64,000 bases of DNA from Candidatus Poribacteria bacterium. Its GTDB lineage: Bacteria > Poribacteria > WGA-4E > WGA-3G. Within the stretch, counting starts at the first letter, position 1. Every line of letters begins with the position of its first letter. Below the pieces are notes generated by a model. That model ran no database searches. It was not told where the DNA came from and was given only the letters and a program-made list of their open reading frames with translations. The translations under genes and the position numbers were made by a program. Positions 44,924-56,700 of the stretch are shown here, piece by piece. Location: NCBI GenBank assembly GCA_965197475.1, contig CBDANF010000003.1:1344001-1408000 (forward strand). The letters run 5' to 3'.

Positions 44924-46337
44924 TTAAATATCGGAACGGAAGAATTTTAGAAACGCCACAGTTGTCAACGCCACTGCAAAGAAGCAGAGTAGCAGTACAT
45001 CTACCATTGATTGACGGAGTGTTTCTCCTAAGGTTATTGTCTCTAAAGGTGGCGGTTGTGTGATTTTGACAGTATCCTCTGCTGTAAATGATCTTCCTGA
45101 AGCATGATCCGAAATTTTGCTGAACAAATCTGTATGGAGCATATCGTAATAGCGATCTCCCACTTGAAAATAGATACTTCTTGCGCCTTTTCCTGTCTGT
45201 GTTAGGTTAGTAGCAAGGTAGGTGAGAGAAGATGTCGGTGTGATTCGGGAAAGCATCTCACCGATCTGCTCTTGTCGTTCGGTTTCACGTTTGTAATCGC
45301 GATCGAGTTTGTCAGCATAGTCTTGGAATTTCGATCGATATTCCTCTTCGAGAGGTTTCACGCGTTCATCAACTTTTTTAGCATTTTCTCCTCCTATCAT
45401 TACATTGCCGTCCTCATCCGGGGGGATCTCCATTATGAATTTCCATTTTTCCTTATCGATTACCGCGTTGAAATCGTCTCGCATGGCTGTTTTTTCCATA
45501 TAGACACTCTGCAAAGTTCGTGTTGGAGCGATGAGTTTTGCGGCGAGAAACCCAACGCGTGGTGTAATCAACACGGCAAACACCCATACGGTGAAGGCGA
45601 CGATGAGCGCAGTTTTGGAATTGTCTAAGTAGGTAGAAATCACCGTTCCGATTGCAAAAAATACACCAATGTAGAGTAGTGATACGAGGGTTAGAATGAG
45701 CACTCGTGGAAAAATTTCTGCCTCGCCGAGAGGAAAGCCTTGCCAGACAAGCACAAGTAGACCAAATAGAAAAGACACCAAAAACGGAACGACAAACACA
45801 ATGTATCCGCCAATCAATTTGCTCCACAGAAATAGGTCGCGTGGCAAAGAGTTTGCTAAGGTAATTCGGAGTGTGCCTGTTTCTCTTTCCCCAGCAACGG
45901 CATCGAACGTAAACAACAACGCAAGGAGACTAAAGACTGTGCCTACCACAAACAGAAAATCGAGATGTCCTAAAAGATAGGAAAGGGGTGCCGAAACCAG
46001 TGCTGGTGGACCTAAGTGTAACCCCATTGCGCGTCATTCCAAGGTAGCTCGGGAGTGCATCCCCTAATCCATTTGCAAAGACACTTAAGGGTGTGGGTTT
46101 GAGAATGAGTTTGGAAACCTCAATCTCCGGTTCCAACGGCATCTTCGGGTTTACCGTGGTTTCCTCAATGTTGGCAAGCTTGACAGCTTCTTGATAGTCA
46201 ATCAGATTTTGGCGATAATTCCGATAGTTAATGAAAAGGGTGAGTGGGATGAGCAGGAGACACATCAAAAGCAGTGCCACAAACCGGACGCTCAGGATAT
46301 GATGCATCATCTCTTTGCGAATTAGCGTTAGTAACAT
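44924..46337 (-). pseudogene. ABC-2 permease with frameshift near 46015
   Basis: Overlapping ORFs 45930-46337 and 44924-46027 (FDAVAGERETGTLR) form one paralog. Confidence 0.85.
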
Positions 46338-46504
46338 TTAGTGTTCTCCATATATGATGGCAAAAAACTCCCTTAAGATTTACACAAATCCGTTTTTTGC
46401 TGGTGCAATTAACGTGTACGCCAGTAAAAGGTGTGGTGTGCAAGCTTACGGTTATTAAGCCAGAACAGGATAGCCCATAAGAGTCTATCGCGCTATTCTT
46501 TATG

Positions 46505-48570
46505 CTATATCTGGATAGTAGATGGCTTCTTTCCCATATTCCGGTTTGGATCCTGAGGAGGCATTGATTTTTTAAGACGTTCTAAAGTTTCTTGTAAATG
46601 CTCAATCTGTTTTCTGGCGTTCTCAAGTTGTTTCCTTACACTCTCAAGCTGTTGTGAATTGAACATTTTCTTTACGCGTTCAGCCTGTGCCTTAGCTTGT
46701 TCAGCCAGCACCTTGGCGCGTTCAACTTTTTCTTTACTCTGTTCAACTTGTTCTGCAGCTTTCCGAAGATTGGCATAATCCATTTCCAATTTATCAATAT
46801 AGGCGGCTTTATAGGTTTCCCAATCATCTGTCGGTGGAATGCCGAGAATTCTGGCGTTACGGAGATTTGGATTGTCTTCTAAAAATGCCAAAGTATGTCG
46901 TTTTGACAGGTAGGACGCGTACTCTCCGAAATTTTCTATGGTGATACCTTTGTCCAAAAGTATCTGAAGCCATGCTGCTCTCGGATATCGTGCATCAATT
47001 TCCTCGTTTGTAAACTGGCTGACGTGTCTTTTTCCATCAACACTATCAATTATATTGGATAAATTTACTTTCCCCTCACCGGAAAGTTTTATAGAAGCAC
47101 CTTCATTCAGACGCATCTTAAGCCATGTTATCTGTTGATGTTGCGCATCAATTTCCTCGTTTGTAAATTGGCTGACGTGTCTTTTTCTGTCAACACTATC
47201 AATCTTATGGGAGAGGTTTACTTCACTTGTTGTTAGTATAGAAGCAGTGATTGTTCCGCCATCGGTTTTACGGTATATAATAGACATTATAACTAATTAG
47301 TTGTCCGTTTGGTTAGTCTCTATTATACTTATTACAATCGGACAATAGGAGGCTAACTCATGATAAGTTTTCAAGAACTAAGGGACAAACCTGATACGCT
47401 CCTGTCCCTCACCGGATATACCTTAGAAGATTGGACTGAACTATCACCTTATTTTACTAAATGTTTTTTAGAGTATGTTCAAACACATACCCTTGCAGGA
47501 AAACCGCGCAAAAAACGGAGATATAAACCGTATAAAAATAGTCGTTTTGATACACCTGAAGATATGTTGCTATTTATACTGATTTACCTTCGTGAAGCAC
47601 CGAAACAAGTGCTATTCGGTGCGCTCTTTGGCATGTCTCAACCTCTTGCTAATAGATGGATTCACTTGCTTTTATCGATATTGAACAAAGCATTAGCAGA
47701 ACTTGGAGAGTTGCCATCTCGGGAAACAGACCCCGCCCCTATATGTGCTCCATCAAAAGTATCAACTCAAAATCAAGAAGGAGAACATTTTTTTCATGAT
47801 AGCACCGAACGCCCGATACGACGCCCAAAAGACCCGTCAACTCAAAAGGCGTATTATAGTGGTAAAAAGAAATGCCATACAGTGAAAAATAATCTGATTA
47901 TCAATGAGGCCTGCAAAGTCGTCCTATTGACACCTTCTTTTGAAGGAAGACACCATGACAAACACATAGCCGATATGGTGGGCTATTGTGTGCCACAGGG
48001 TAGCACATTGTCCCAAGATACCGGTTTTCAGGGTTTCGTTCTCCCGGATATAAACATCATTCAACCAAAGAAAAAACCGAGAGGTAGAGAACGGACGAAT
48101 GAAGAAAAAGAAAACAATAGAAAGATAGCGTCATACGCATACGCGTTGAACATGCGATTAGTGGTGTCAAAAGATGCCGCATTGTCAAAGATAAACTCAG
48201 GAATTGGAAGAAAGGGTTTTGTGATTTAGTTATGGAAACTTGTTGTGGTTTACACAACTTCCGACTAAACTTTAGACCCTGGCGTTATGAAACTCCTGTT
48301 ATTTAAATCATTATAATGTCTAATCACCCTGGTTTTTAAATGGTGACGATTGTAGATTTTGTCAAACGCTTCCATCAGGGCTTGCACGGTTTGTGGTCCA
48401 TTATATTCTTTAGCGGTACTTAGTCCCTCCTTCGTTAGTTTTGCCATTTCAATCATACTGAACCCTCCTGTATTCTCTGCTGTTTCTGAGTTCGCGTGTA
48501 ACCCAAAAATAGTGGCTATACCCAGAACTGTCAAAAGCGAAAAAAATCGTATAATGTTTTTACGTTTCAT
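46505..48570 (-). pseudogene. Secreted hypothetical protein split by an IS5-like element
   Basis: Removing 47282-48321 and one AAT restores HHLKTRVI-IYRKTDGG; paralog of 1223-2695. Confidence 0.85.
47282..48321 (+). mobile_element. Second IS5/ISL2-like copy, chimeric and frameshifted
   Basis: TIR AGACATTATAA; TSD AAT; 1-bp deletion near 48132 relative to copy 1. Confidence 0.9.
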
Positions 48571-48711
48571 AATGTCTCCTTCGCTAATTTAAATTGTAGA
48601 TGTGATCCCTATGTTTGTAAACCTGCGTTTGTCCGTTAATCCTTTGCTAATTTCTATACACTTGACTCTCAGAAAAGTTGCAGAAAAATAATTCTTACTC
48701 AAATTCACAAC

Positions 48712-49122
48712 TTACGTCCCAAACAACTCGGTTTTGTACGTTTCAACAATTGCGTTGAAAACGGATTCAGGAATATCCTCTAACTGCGATGCTAACTCCT
48801 CTTCAACATTAACCATCAGACTGTGATCAAATGTTTCGCGTTCTGCACAAGGGTCAAAAGATTCACCATGCGATTCCAGTAGAATTGCTAAACGCGCAGG
48901 TGTCAAACCCGCAGAGATACCGTGCAAGTCCCAAGCGGTGCCACGATAACCTTTTTCATAATCTGTGCCGAGATGTTTCTGTAAGATTTCTTCTCTTTCT
49001 GCGCCTTGCGCGCTGCTGTTTTCAAGTTCTTCTGCAGCAGCAATTGCTCGCGCGTCCAATTCTATTTGGAATGCTGTTGAAGCATCCGCAGCTGCGACAG
49101 AATATATTTTGTAGGTCTCCAT
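48712..49122 (-). CDS. Hypothetical acidic protein
   Basis: SD GAGGG; follows nnr. Confidence 0.7.
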   Translation of the reverse strand: METYKIYSVAAADASTAFQIELDARAIAAAEELENSSAQGAEREEILQKHLGTDYEKGYRGTAWDLHGISAGLTPARLAILLESHGESFDPCAERETFDHSLMVNVEEELASQLEDIPESVFNAIVETYKTELFGT

Positions 49123-49140
49123 TTTCCCTCACAAATTAGG

Positions 49141-50754
49141 TTAATTGGATATCAGTGATGAAATAGCCTCAGGTACTGCCTGTAGCACATCACCTGCGAT
49201 GAGTCCGTGCATTCCCAACGTTTCAGCGGCAATGTCTCCCGCTAATCCATGTAGGTAAACACCAAGTACTGCTGCTTTTTCACTTGGCACATTTTGCGCC
49301 ATCAATCCTGCAATTATGCCTGTCAACACATCTCCCATTCCCGCTGTTGACATACCAGGGTTACCTGTTGAGTTTATCCATACATTTTCGTTTAGATCTG
49401 AAACAACTGTGGGTGCACCTTTAAGTACAAGGGTTAAACCGTATTCTTTCGCAAAATCTACGGCAGTCCTAATTCTTTCTGCTTCTAATGTTGGGATGGA
49501 GGTATTTGTTAGCCGTGCCATCTCGCCAAGATGCGGTGTTAGCACTGCTTCCTCACCGAGTAATGAGATAAGTTCTGTTGCTTGTGATAAGGCGTTCAAT
49601 CCATCCGCATCAATGACCATTCTTAAACCGAGTTCCTGTTTTCGATTTTCGTTAATCAGTTGATGAACGAGTGCCACCGTTTCAGGATGTTGAGACAACC
49701 CCGGTCCTATAGCAACAACAGATTTCGTCTTCTCTGCAAATTCGAGAATAGCTGAGGTTGCTGATTCTGCTAAACTTCCTGCTCCTGTTTCAGGCAGTGG
49801 CAACGTCATTACTTCAGACAACTTAACTTCCAGAATTGGGTTCAGGCTTTTCGGAATAGCGAGCGTTACCAACCCCGCGCCAGCGCGCAAAGCTGCCTCA
49901 CTTGCAAGTGAGGCAGCTCCTGTCATCCCTGTTGAACCCGCAACGACAAGAACTCGTCCGTAACTACCCTTGTGAGAATCAGGTGAACGAGGCGGTATCC
50001 ATTCTGCAGTGTTTTTTTTAGTTGTCCAATTTACCTTAATATTCTGAGCGTCAATAACCTGTTGCGGAAAACCGATGTCAACAATTTCCAATTTGCCTGC
50101 AAGTTCGGTACCCGGATGCACCAACAAACCCCTTTTAGGTAAGCCTATTGTTACCGTCCTATCCGCTTGCACGCAGGCACCTAAAGGACTACCTGTATCT
50201 GCATCCAAACCAGAAGGCAGGTCAACAGCAAGAATAGGTATCGGATGGTCATTGATAGCATTGATTATATTTGCGATGGGTTTTCGCACGGCACCCCGTA
50301 ACCCCGTGCCAAAAATAGCATCTACCAATAATTCACAACTTGTGATACTACTCTGTGAAACTTTCAATGGAGCATCTTTTTCTTTGGAAGGATCATATCC
50401 GAGAGCATCTATAAGGGCTGCATCTGTTAGAATTTCCTCAATGTGCAACCTAAGATTTTTGGCAACATCCAAATTGGTGCGTGCTTCCCCCGTGAAACTT
50501 TCTGCTGGGGAGACAAGAAAAATATACACCTCACGACCAGCGTGGGCAAGCTGTCGTGCGATAACTAGACCATCGCCTCCGTTATTCCCCTTGCCAACAA
50601 AAATACCGATACGTTGCGCAGTCGGATAATGGCGTTCTATGACTCGGACGATTTCACTCCCCGCAGTTTCCATAAGAACAATGCCGGGAATTCCGATGCT
50701 TTCAATCGTATCCTGGTCAATTTTGCGCATTTCGGCTGCAGTCACAACTTTCAT
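49141..50754 (-). CDS. nnr: Bifunctional NAD(P)H-hydrate epimerase/dehydratase
   Basis: GKGNNGGDG, VDAIFGTG, DLPSG, HKGSYG, DADGLN, TPHLGEM, AGMGDVLTG. Confidence 0.93.
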   Translation of the reverse strand: MKVVTAAEMRKIDQDTIESIGIPGIVLMETAGSEIVRVIERHYPTAQRIGIFVGKGNNGGDGLVIARQLAHAGREVYIFLVSPAESFTGEARTNLDVAKNLRLHIEEILTDAALIDALGYDPSKEKDAPLKVSQSSITSCELLVDAIFGTGLRGAVRKPIANIINAINDHPIPILAVDLPSGLDADTGSPLGACVQADRTVTIGLPKRGLLVHPGTELAGKLEIVDIGFPQQVIDAQNIKVNWTTKKNTAEWIPPRSPDSHKGSYGRVLVVAGSTGMTGAASLASEAALRAGAGLVTLAIPKSLNPILEVKLSEVMTLPLPETGAGSLAESATSAILEFAEKTKSVVAIGPGLSQHPETVALVHQLINENRKQELGLRMVIDADGLNALSQATELISLLGEEAVLTPHLGEMARLTNTSIPTLEAERIRTAVDFAKEYGLTLVLKGAPTVVSDLNENVWINSTGNPGMSTAGMGDVLTGIIAGLMAQNVPSEKAAVLGVYLHGLAGDIAAETLGMHGLIAGDVLQAVPEAISSLISN

Positions 50755-50765
50755 GCAATATCGCC

Positions 50766-51158
50766 TTATAATTTATCTGCAAATTCTAACAACTGTGTTT
50801 CCATTTTACGAACAGCGTGTTCTAACTCATCCTGTGCTATCTGAATTTCCTGAATCCGCTGATCTTGGTGGGTTTTCAGACAGAACGTCAGATTCGTGCG
50901 GAGGTCGAACAAACTCTGCTGAATATGGTCTTGGAAAGAACCCTTTGGGTACATCCATCGCCTACCGCGAGTCTGCCGTAAATTGAAGTGACAATGTCCA
51001 TTGTTTCCGCTGAAGCAATCGAACCGCATAATCTCATCGTCATAAACATATAGAGATGCTGCTGGTCCGCGTCCGCCGACATCATCGCGCCAATATACTT
51101 GTAGCAAGACGTTATCTTGGATAGGGTATTCAACCAAATCATGTTTTCGGTTTGCCAT
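50766..51158 (-). CDS. Hypothetical protein
   Basis: SD GAGGAG before ATG at 51158; motif EIMRFDCF....GH.H. Confidence 0.7.
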   Translation of the reverse strand: MANRKHDLVEYPIQDNVLLQVYWRDDVGGRGPAASLYVYDDEIMRFDCFSGNNGHCHFNLRQTRGRRWMYPKGSFQDHIQQSLFDLRTNLTFCLKTHQDQRIQEIQIAQDELEHAVRKMETQLLEFADKL

Positions 51159-51311
51159 CTGTAGTTCTCCTCTTCCCATAAAAAAGATTTGTGGACAGAA
51201 TTTGGTGTTGTGCACTGGGTAAAAAGTCGCTTGAGTTTCAACTTGATATGTGCTAAATTATAGCATTGTTAAGAATAAGGGTCAACACCTAACTTACCTA
51301 TAGACTTAAAG

Positions 51312-52292
51312 TTGTGGAGAAACAACTTGCTTATTTCCATTGATGAGGCACGGAAACTTGCTGAATCTTTCCTGACAACCATCGGAATGTCGGTAACTGA
51401 TTCCGCTATTATTGCGGATATTCTGTTAGAAGCGGAGTTGCGCGGAAGAAAAACGCACGGTTTCATCAGACTGCCCGGAATTAAAAACCGCTATGAGCAG
51501 GGCCAACGCGCTGAAATCCAAGTAGACAAAGAAGGTGGGCAGTGTATTCGGGTTGATGGCGGAAATCAACCGGGTTACCTTGTGGCTTACCGCGCTATGG
51601 AATTAGCGATTGAAATGGCAAAGCAGACTGGCGCGAGCATTGTTGGTGTTTACAATACATCGCACTGTGGTATGGCAGGCTACTATGCGGATATGGCAAG
51701 AAAAGCGGATGTCATCGGAATGTTATTTGCTGACTGTCTACCGCGTATTACTCCCGAAGGTGGAACTGAAGCAATTTTAGGCACAAACCCAATCGCTATC
51801 GGAATTCCTTCCAACATTGTCCCACTCCTGTTTGATATGTCTACTGCAGCGATTACCAACGGGGATCTGCTCGTAGCAATACGGGAGGAGATATCTATTC
51901 CCGAAGGTTTCGCGTTTAATTCTGACGGTAAACCGACAACAGATGCGGAAGAAGCATTGAGAGGAAGCGTCCGCCCTTTCGGTGGGCACAAAGGCTTTGG
52001 ACTTGCCCTCATAACACAAATCCTTGCGGGTGCTCTTGTGAATGCATCCACAATTCCACTTCCCGGCACAAACTACGGTTTGCTCATTATTGCACTGGAT
52101 CCTACGGTTTTTGTTCCGTTGGAACAATTTAAGATGGAAGTAGATGAGTTAATTTCTCGAATCAAAGCAAACCGGCGAGAAGCGAGTGTCGCAGAAATTC
52201 TTATCCCCGGTGAACGCGCTTATCGACAAAGGGAACTCTATCTCAAGTCAGGGATAGACTTAGACGAAACACTTGTAAATCAATTAACGTAA
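51312..52292 (+). CDS. Ldh_2 family (malate/L-lactate/ureidoglycolate/sulfolactate-type) dehydrogenase
   Basis: AELRG..THG..RL, SHCG.AGYY, LGTNPIA, DMST, GGHKGFGL, IPGE. Confidence 0.9.
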   Translation: MWRNNLLISIDEARKLAESFLTTIGMSVTDSAIIADILLEAELRGRKTHGFIRLPGIKNRYEQGQRAEIQVDKEGGQCIRVDGGNQPGYLVAYRAMELAIEMAKQTGASIVGVYNTSHCGMAGYYADMARKADVIGMLFADCLPRITPEGGTEAILGTNPIAIGIPSNIVPLLFDMSTAAITNGDLLVAIREEISIPEGFAFNSDGKPTTDAEEALRGSVRPFGGHKGFGLALITQILAGALVNASTIPLPGTNYGLLIIALDPTVFVPLEQFKMEVDELISRIKANRREASVAEILIPGERAYRQRELYLKSGIDLDETLVNQLT

Positions 52293-52369
52293 ACACATTG
52301 GCAAGCGCGATCTTCTGATCGCAACGAAATGTAACAACGATTTTCGGATCACAACGAAAGGAAATTTAC

Positions 52370-53374
52370 ATGGCAACTTTTAAAGCAGGCGTTATTGGCT
52401 GTGGTGGACGTGGACGCGCCCATGCACAAGGATATCAAGCCTCTCCAGATGTTGAGATTGTCGCATGCTCAGATCCAGTCGAAGGGGCACGGAACAGATT
52501 CGCAGAACAGTTTGAAGGTGCAAAGCCTTATGAAGATTATCATGAGATGCTTGAAAGGGAATCACTCGATTTTGTCAGCGTCTGCACGTGGATTGCACTT
52601 CATAAGGACATGGTTATCGCTGCTGCCAACAGCGGTATCAAAGCCATCCATTCTGAAAAACCGATGGCACCCACATGGGGAGATGCGAAAGCACTTTATC
52701 AAGCTTGCGTGGATAATGATGTCGTCATAACGTTTTGTCATCAACGTCGTTTTGGTGCACAATTCATCAAGGCGAGACAGTTGGCAAACGAAGGGGCAAT
52801 CGGCGAACTTCGCCGCCTTGAAGGTTCATGCTCGAATTTGCTTGATTGGGGAACGCATTGGTTTGACATGTTCCAATTTTATAATAATGACGAACCTATT
52901 GAGTGGGTTATCGGTCAAATAGATGTGACGGGTACACATATCGTCTTTGGCACTCAGGTTGAGACGAGCGGTTTAACGTGGTACCGCTGGAAAAACGGTG
53001 TAGAAGGATTGTTAACAACAGGCGGCGTTTCATTAAAAGGCTTCGCAAATCGTATCATCGGCACTAAAGGCATTATTGATGTCGGTGGAGGTTCGCCTGT
53101 CCGTATGCTTCGAGAAGGTTCAAGCGAATGGGAAAACCAAGACTTAAGCGATGTCACGCCTAAAGGGAACGACACGACCCTTTCTGTTCTTGATCTCATT
53201 GACAGTGTCAAGACAGGACGTGAACCTGAACTTAGTGGTCGTAAAGCAATACAGTCAACTGAACTTATTTTTGCGACTTATCACTCCAGTCGGGAGCGAG
53301 CGAAAATAACTTTGCCGCTCACTGCAGACGACTCAGCATTTTTAACGATGGTCGCAAATGGTGATATCGGTTAA
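52370..53374 (+). CDS. Gfo/Idh/MocA oxidoreductase
   Basis: GVIGCG, EKPMA, HQRRF, DWGTHWFD. Confidence 0.92.
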   Translation: MATFKAGVIGCGGRGRAHAQGYQASPDVEIVACSDPVEGARNRFAEQFEGAKPYEDYHEMLERESLDFVSVCTWIALHKDMVIAAANSGIKAIHSEKPMAPTWGDAKALYQACVDNDVVITFCHQRRFGAQFIKARQLANEGAIGELRRLEGSCSNLLDWGTHWFDMFQFYNNDEPIEWVIGQIDVTGTHIVFGTQVETSGLTWYRWKNGVEGLLTTGGVSLKGFANRIIGTKGIIDVGGGSPVRMLREGSSEWENQDLSDVTPKGNDTTLSVLDLIDSVKTGREPELSGRKAIQSTELIFATYHSSRERAKITLPLTADDSAFLTMVANGDIG

Positions 53375-53385
53375 TTCTGTTTAAG

Positions 53386-53412
53386 CGTGGGCAGGTTGTG
53401 AACTTGCCCACG
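53386..53412. terminator. Hairpin after the oxidoreductase
   Basis: cgtgggcaggtt-gtg-aacttgcccacg. Confidence 0.55.
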
Positions 53413-53783
53413 AAAAATCAAATTGAGAGATCCCATGAGTCGGTTTTAATCAACCTAATTAAAAATACTGCGTCTAACATACCAATTAAACCATAACCTT
53501 TTCTGTTAAATCTCAAAATCAGTAAAATAGATAAAGGGACGTTCCGACACTGCAAGACATTGCAATCATCACACTGATTCAGGTCTATAATGTGTTGAAT
53601 TATATTTGTGCTAATAAGAAATTACGGTGAAACATAAAAATAATAGACATCTGCTGTAGGCGCGCTCTATAAGCGCGCTGATTGACGATATTTTTTAATT
53701 GTAAATCTACTATAATACTTGTGAATTCACGCGAAGTTTAAAAATAGGAATAGACCAGACTTCGCGGTAGCGGGGGAAAACGC

Positions 53784-56700
53784 GTGTCAAAAATCAAAAA
53801 TAGTTTTTCTGTTCTGTACCACAACAAAAAGAAGTCCACATTACCATTCGGTTTTTATTGGGCACCCTTTCTCATTTTTCAATTGTTTGTCGCGCTGTTA
53901 GTTATACAATCTCCTGCTTGGGCGGGACTTGTTCCAAATTCATTAAAAGTTGATGCGAATGGTGATTCCATTTTTAACGGGGACAATGAAAAGTTAACCA
54001 TCTCCTTTACAACTGACAATGTAGAGCAAGAGTACACCTATGAGATTAAGTTGGATGACGGTAGAAAAATTGCCGAGGGGCCTAACACGGATGCTGGACA
54101 AAAATTGTCTAAAAATCAGACTGTAAAAGTAATATGGGATGGGAAAATTGGAAATGATCAGCTTCCAGATGGTGATTATAAGATTAAAGTCTTTCTTACG
54201 CTCATAGATTCTGATGGCAATCCGCTCATAGATTCTGAAGACAATTCGCTAGATCCCATTTCGAGCAAGGAAAAAGAGGTAACATTAGACACTAAAGCCC
54301 CAGAGCTTTCCATCAGTATAGATGCTAAGGAATTTTCACGCATCTTGGAAGATCGATTTCCTATTCACTATAGTGGTTTGGACGAAGATGTTGCCGAGGC
54401 GTGGTTAGAATTGCAAAAAATCATTGGAGGGGACCCAATTAAAAGGGCAATTGAGCCGAATGAATTGAGCAAAGAAGGCGGCATCTACTATTGGGATGGC
54501 AAGGATAACAACTCCAAACCCTTTTTCGATGGCCAGTACACCTTGCAACTATGGGTAAAAGATAGAGGCGGAAATGTAATAGGAAGTAATAAAATAGAAA
54601 CTATCACAATTGACTCGGCTGATAACGCTGCACCAACTTTAGAAAGTGTCGCTACCGACAAAGGTAAATTTATTACTCCCGGTAGCGGTATCAGTGGAGA
54701 GATGAGTTTTGTTGAAGCTATTTTAGAAGACAATATAGAACTTAATCTTGATGATTCAACTATCAGACTTATAGGGCCAAGTGGAAGTCCGGTACTCGGA
54801 CAGCAAACTCGCCCTGCCGACAATAAAATTCGGTGGCAACTGCTATCTCCTCTGTTAGCAAAAGACGGGCTTCAGGACGGTCAATATACCATTGAAATTG
54901 TTGGTGCTGACAAAGCAGGAAACAGAACCTCACCGATTCAAATCTCATTTCTTTTTGATAATCTGGCACCGGAACTCGTTTCCCTAAAACCGACGCGGGA
55001 TGGTGAAGCATTTAACATCTTAGGCGATACTGTCTATTACAATCTCCCCCTCAACCAGTTTGTCGCAACCTTTAATGATGGTGAATCTGGAACCGGCGTT
55101 ACTTTTGCAGGTGGAGAGGAAATTAGCCGTATTGTGTTTGGCACTCCCAATGCTGACGGTGGAGTTAACGCAATTTCCGGTCGCGCATTTCCAGACAGAA
55201 ATAACAGCGTACTAACTTACATATTGGATGCCCCACTCCTAAAAAGCGATGGCAGTCAAGACAGAAACTATACACTCAATGTTAAGGCTGCAGACCCCCT
55301 CGGTAATACCAAGACTTACACATACCGGATTATCTATGACACGCAAGTCCCAACACTTGCTTCAACAGTTCCTGTTGTTAATCAGACTGTTTCAAATCTC
55401 TCACAAGTTGTAGTCAAACTTAATGAAACAACGAGCGGTGTTAATTTCGTTAATAGCACTTTCCGACTGACACACAGCACCGGCGAAACTCAGGTTGAAG
55501 TGCCTGTAAATATGACAAGTAACGGCGCAGATACTGCTACGCTCACACTGTTGCAACCGATTGCATTGGACGGTTCGGATGATGGAACTTACACGATTGA
55601 AGTTACCCCAACCGATCTTGCAGGAAATATGGGGGCAGTTGTCCGACGTCAATTTTATCTGGTTAGCCAGACACAACCACAAGTTAAATTAACAGCACCA
55701 TCAATTGGAACTGTCAATAGTTTGGATAGTGTCACGGTAGAGATTGACAATTATATCGGTTCAGGTATCAATTTTGATGCTTCAACAATAAGTGTCAGAA
55801 ACGCGCAAGGACTCATTGTGCCACAAGCAAAGGTTGAATCGGATGCGACAAACAATCAGTTAACTTGGAGTACCGAGGCAACGATTCCACGAAACGGCAC
55901 CGCAGATGGAGAATATACTATCACTGCAACTTTTGTGGACTTTTCTGGACGGCGTTTTACCTGGCGGTTTCCTCTCCTGTTGGATACACAATTTCCTGCT
56001 ATCAACAAGGTCCAGGTTATAACCGATCCGCAACAACAACTTTCCCACAATAGTGCTACAAACATAGCCGAAACATTCTCTCAGGTAACCGTTGAATTTG
56101 ATAAAACTGACATAGACTTTGAAAACACAATTGTCTCTTTGACAGGGCCTGACGAAGCTCACATTGCGCTTCACCGAAGTAATGATGGCGATACCGTTTT
56201 GACACTTAATTTCCCAAACCTATCCCAATCCGGAACATATACCCTCGCAGTCACGCCGCAAGACAGAATTGGTAATGTTTCTGAAAACCCATTTGTCTAT
56301 AGGTTCCGTTTGGATATAGGAGTACCTGTTGTTACGACAGTGTTGATAGACGGTCAGAGCAGTGCTGTTGCCTATGTCAACGGCACTGCTAGTGACATAA
56401 CTGCAACGTTGGTAGATACCACAGGGACAGGCTTAGCGTTTGGTGAAGGCGAATCAAGCATCGTTGTAACGAGTGTCGTTGGATTACCAGTACCTGGCAT
56501 CACAACAACCAATGTCGAAAATCAATTGGTATGGCGACCAATAGCACTTCCGGACGACGGTAGTGTCGATGGAAGATACACTGTGGCTGTCACGCCGGTA
56601 GATAAAGCTGGACACACAGGTGATGTTGCGTATCGTGCATTCATATATGATACACAAGTTCCCCGAATAACTGCTGCTACTCCCGTGACATTGCATCAAC

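Noticed and set aside
54198-54260. 24-bp duplication (LIDSDGNP/LIDSEDNS) in the giant gene
   Set aside because: Small in-frame slippage with no evidence of separate function
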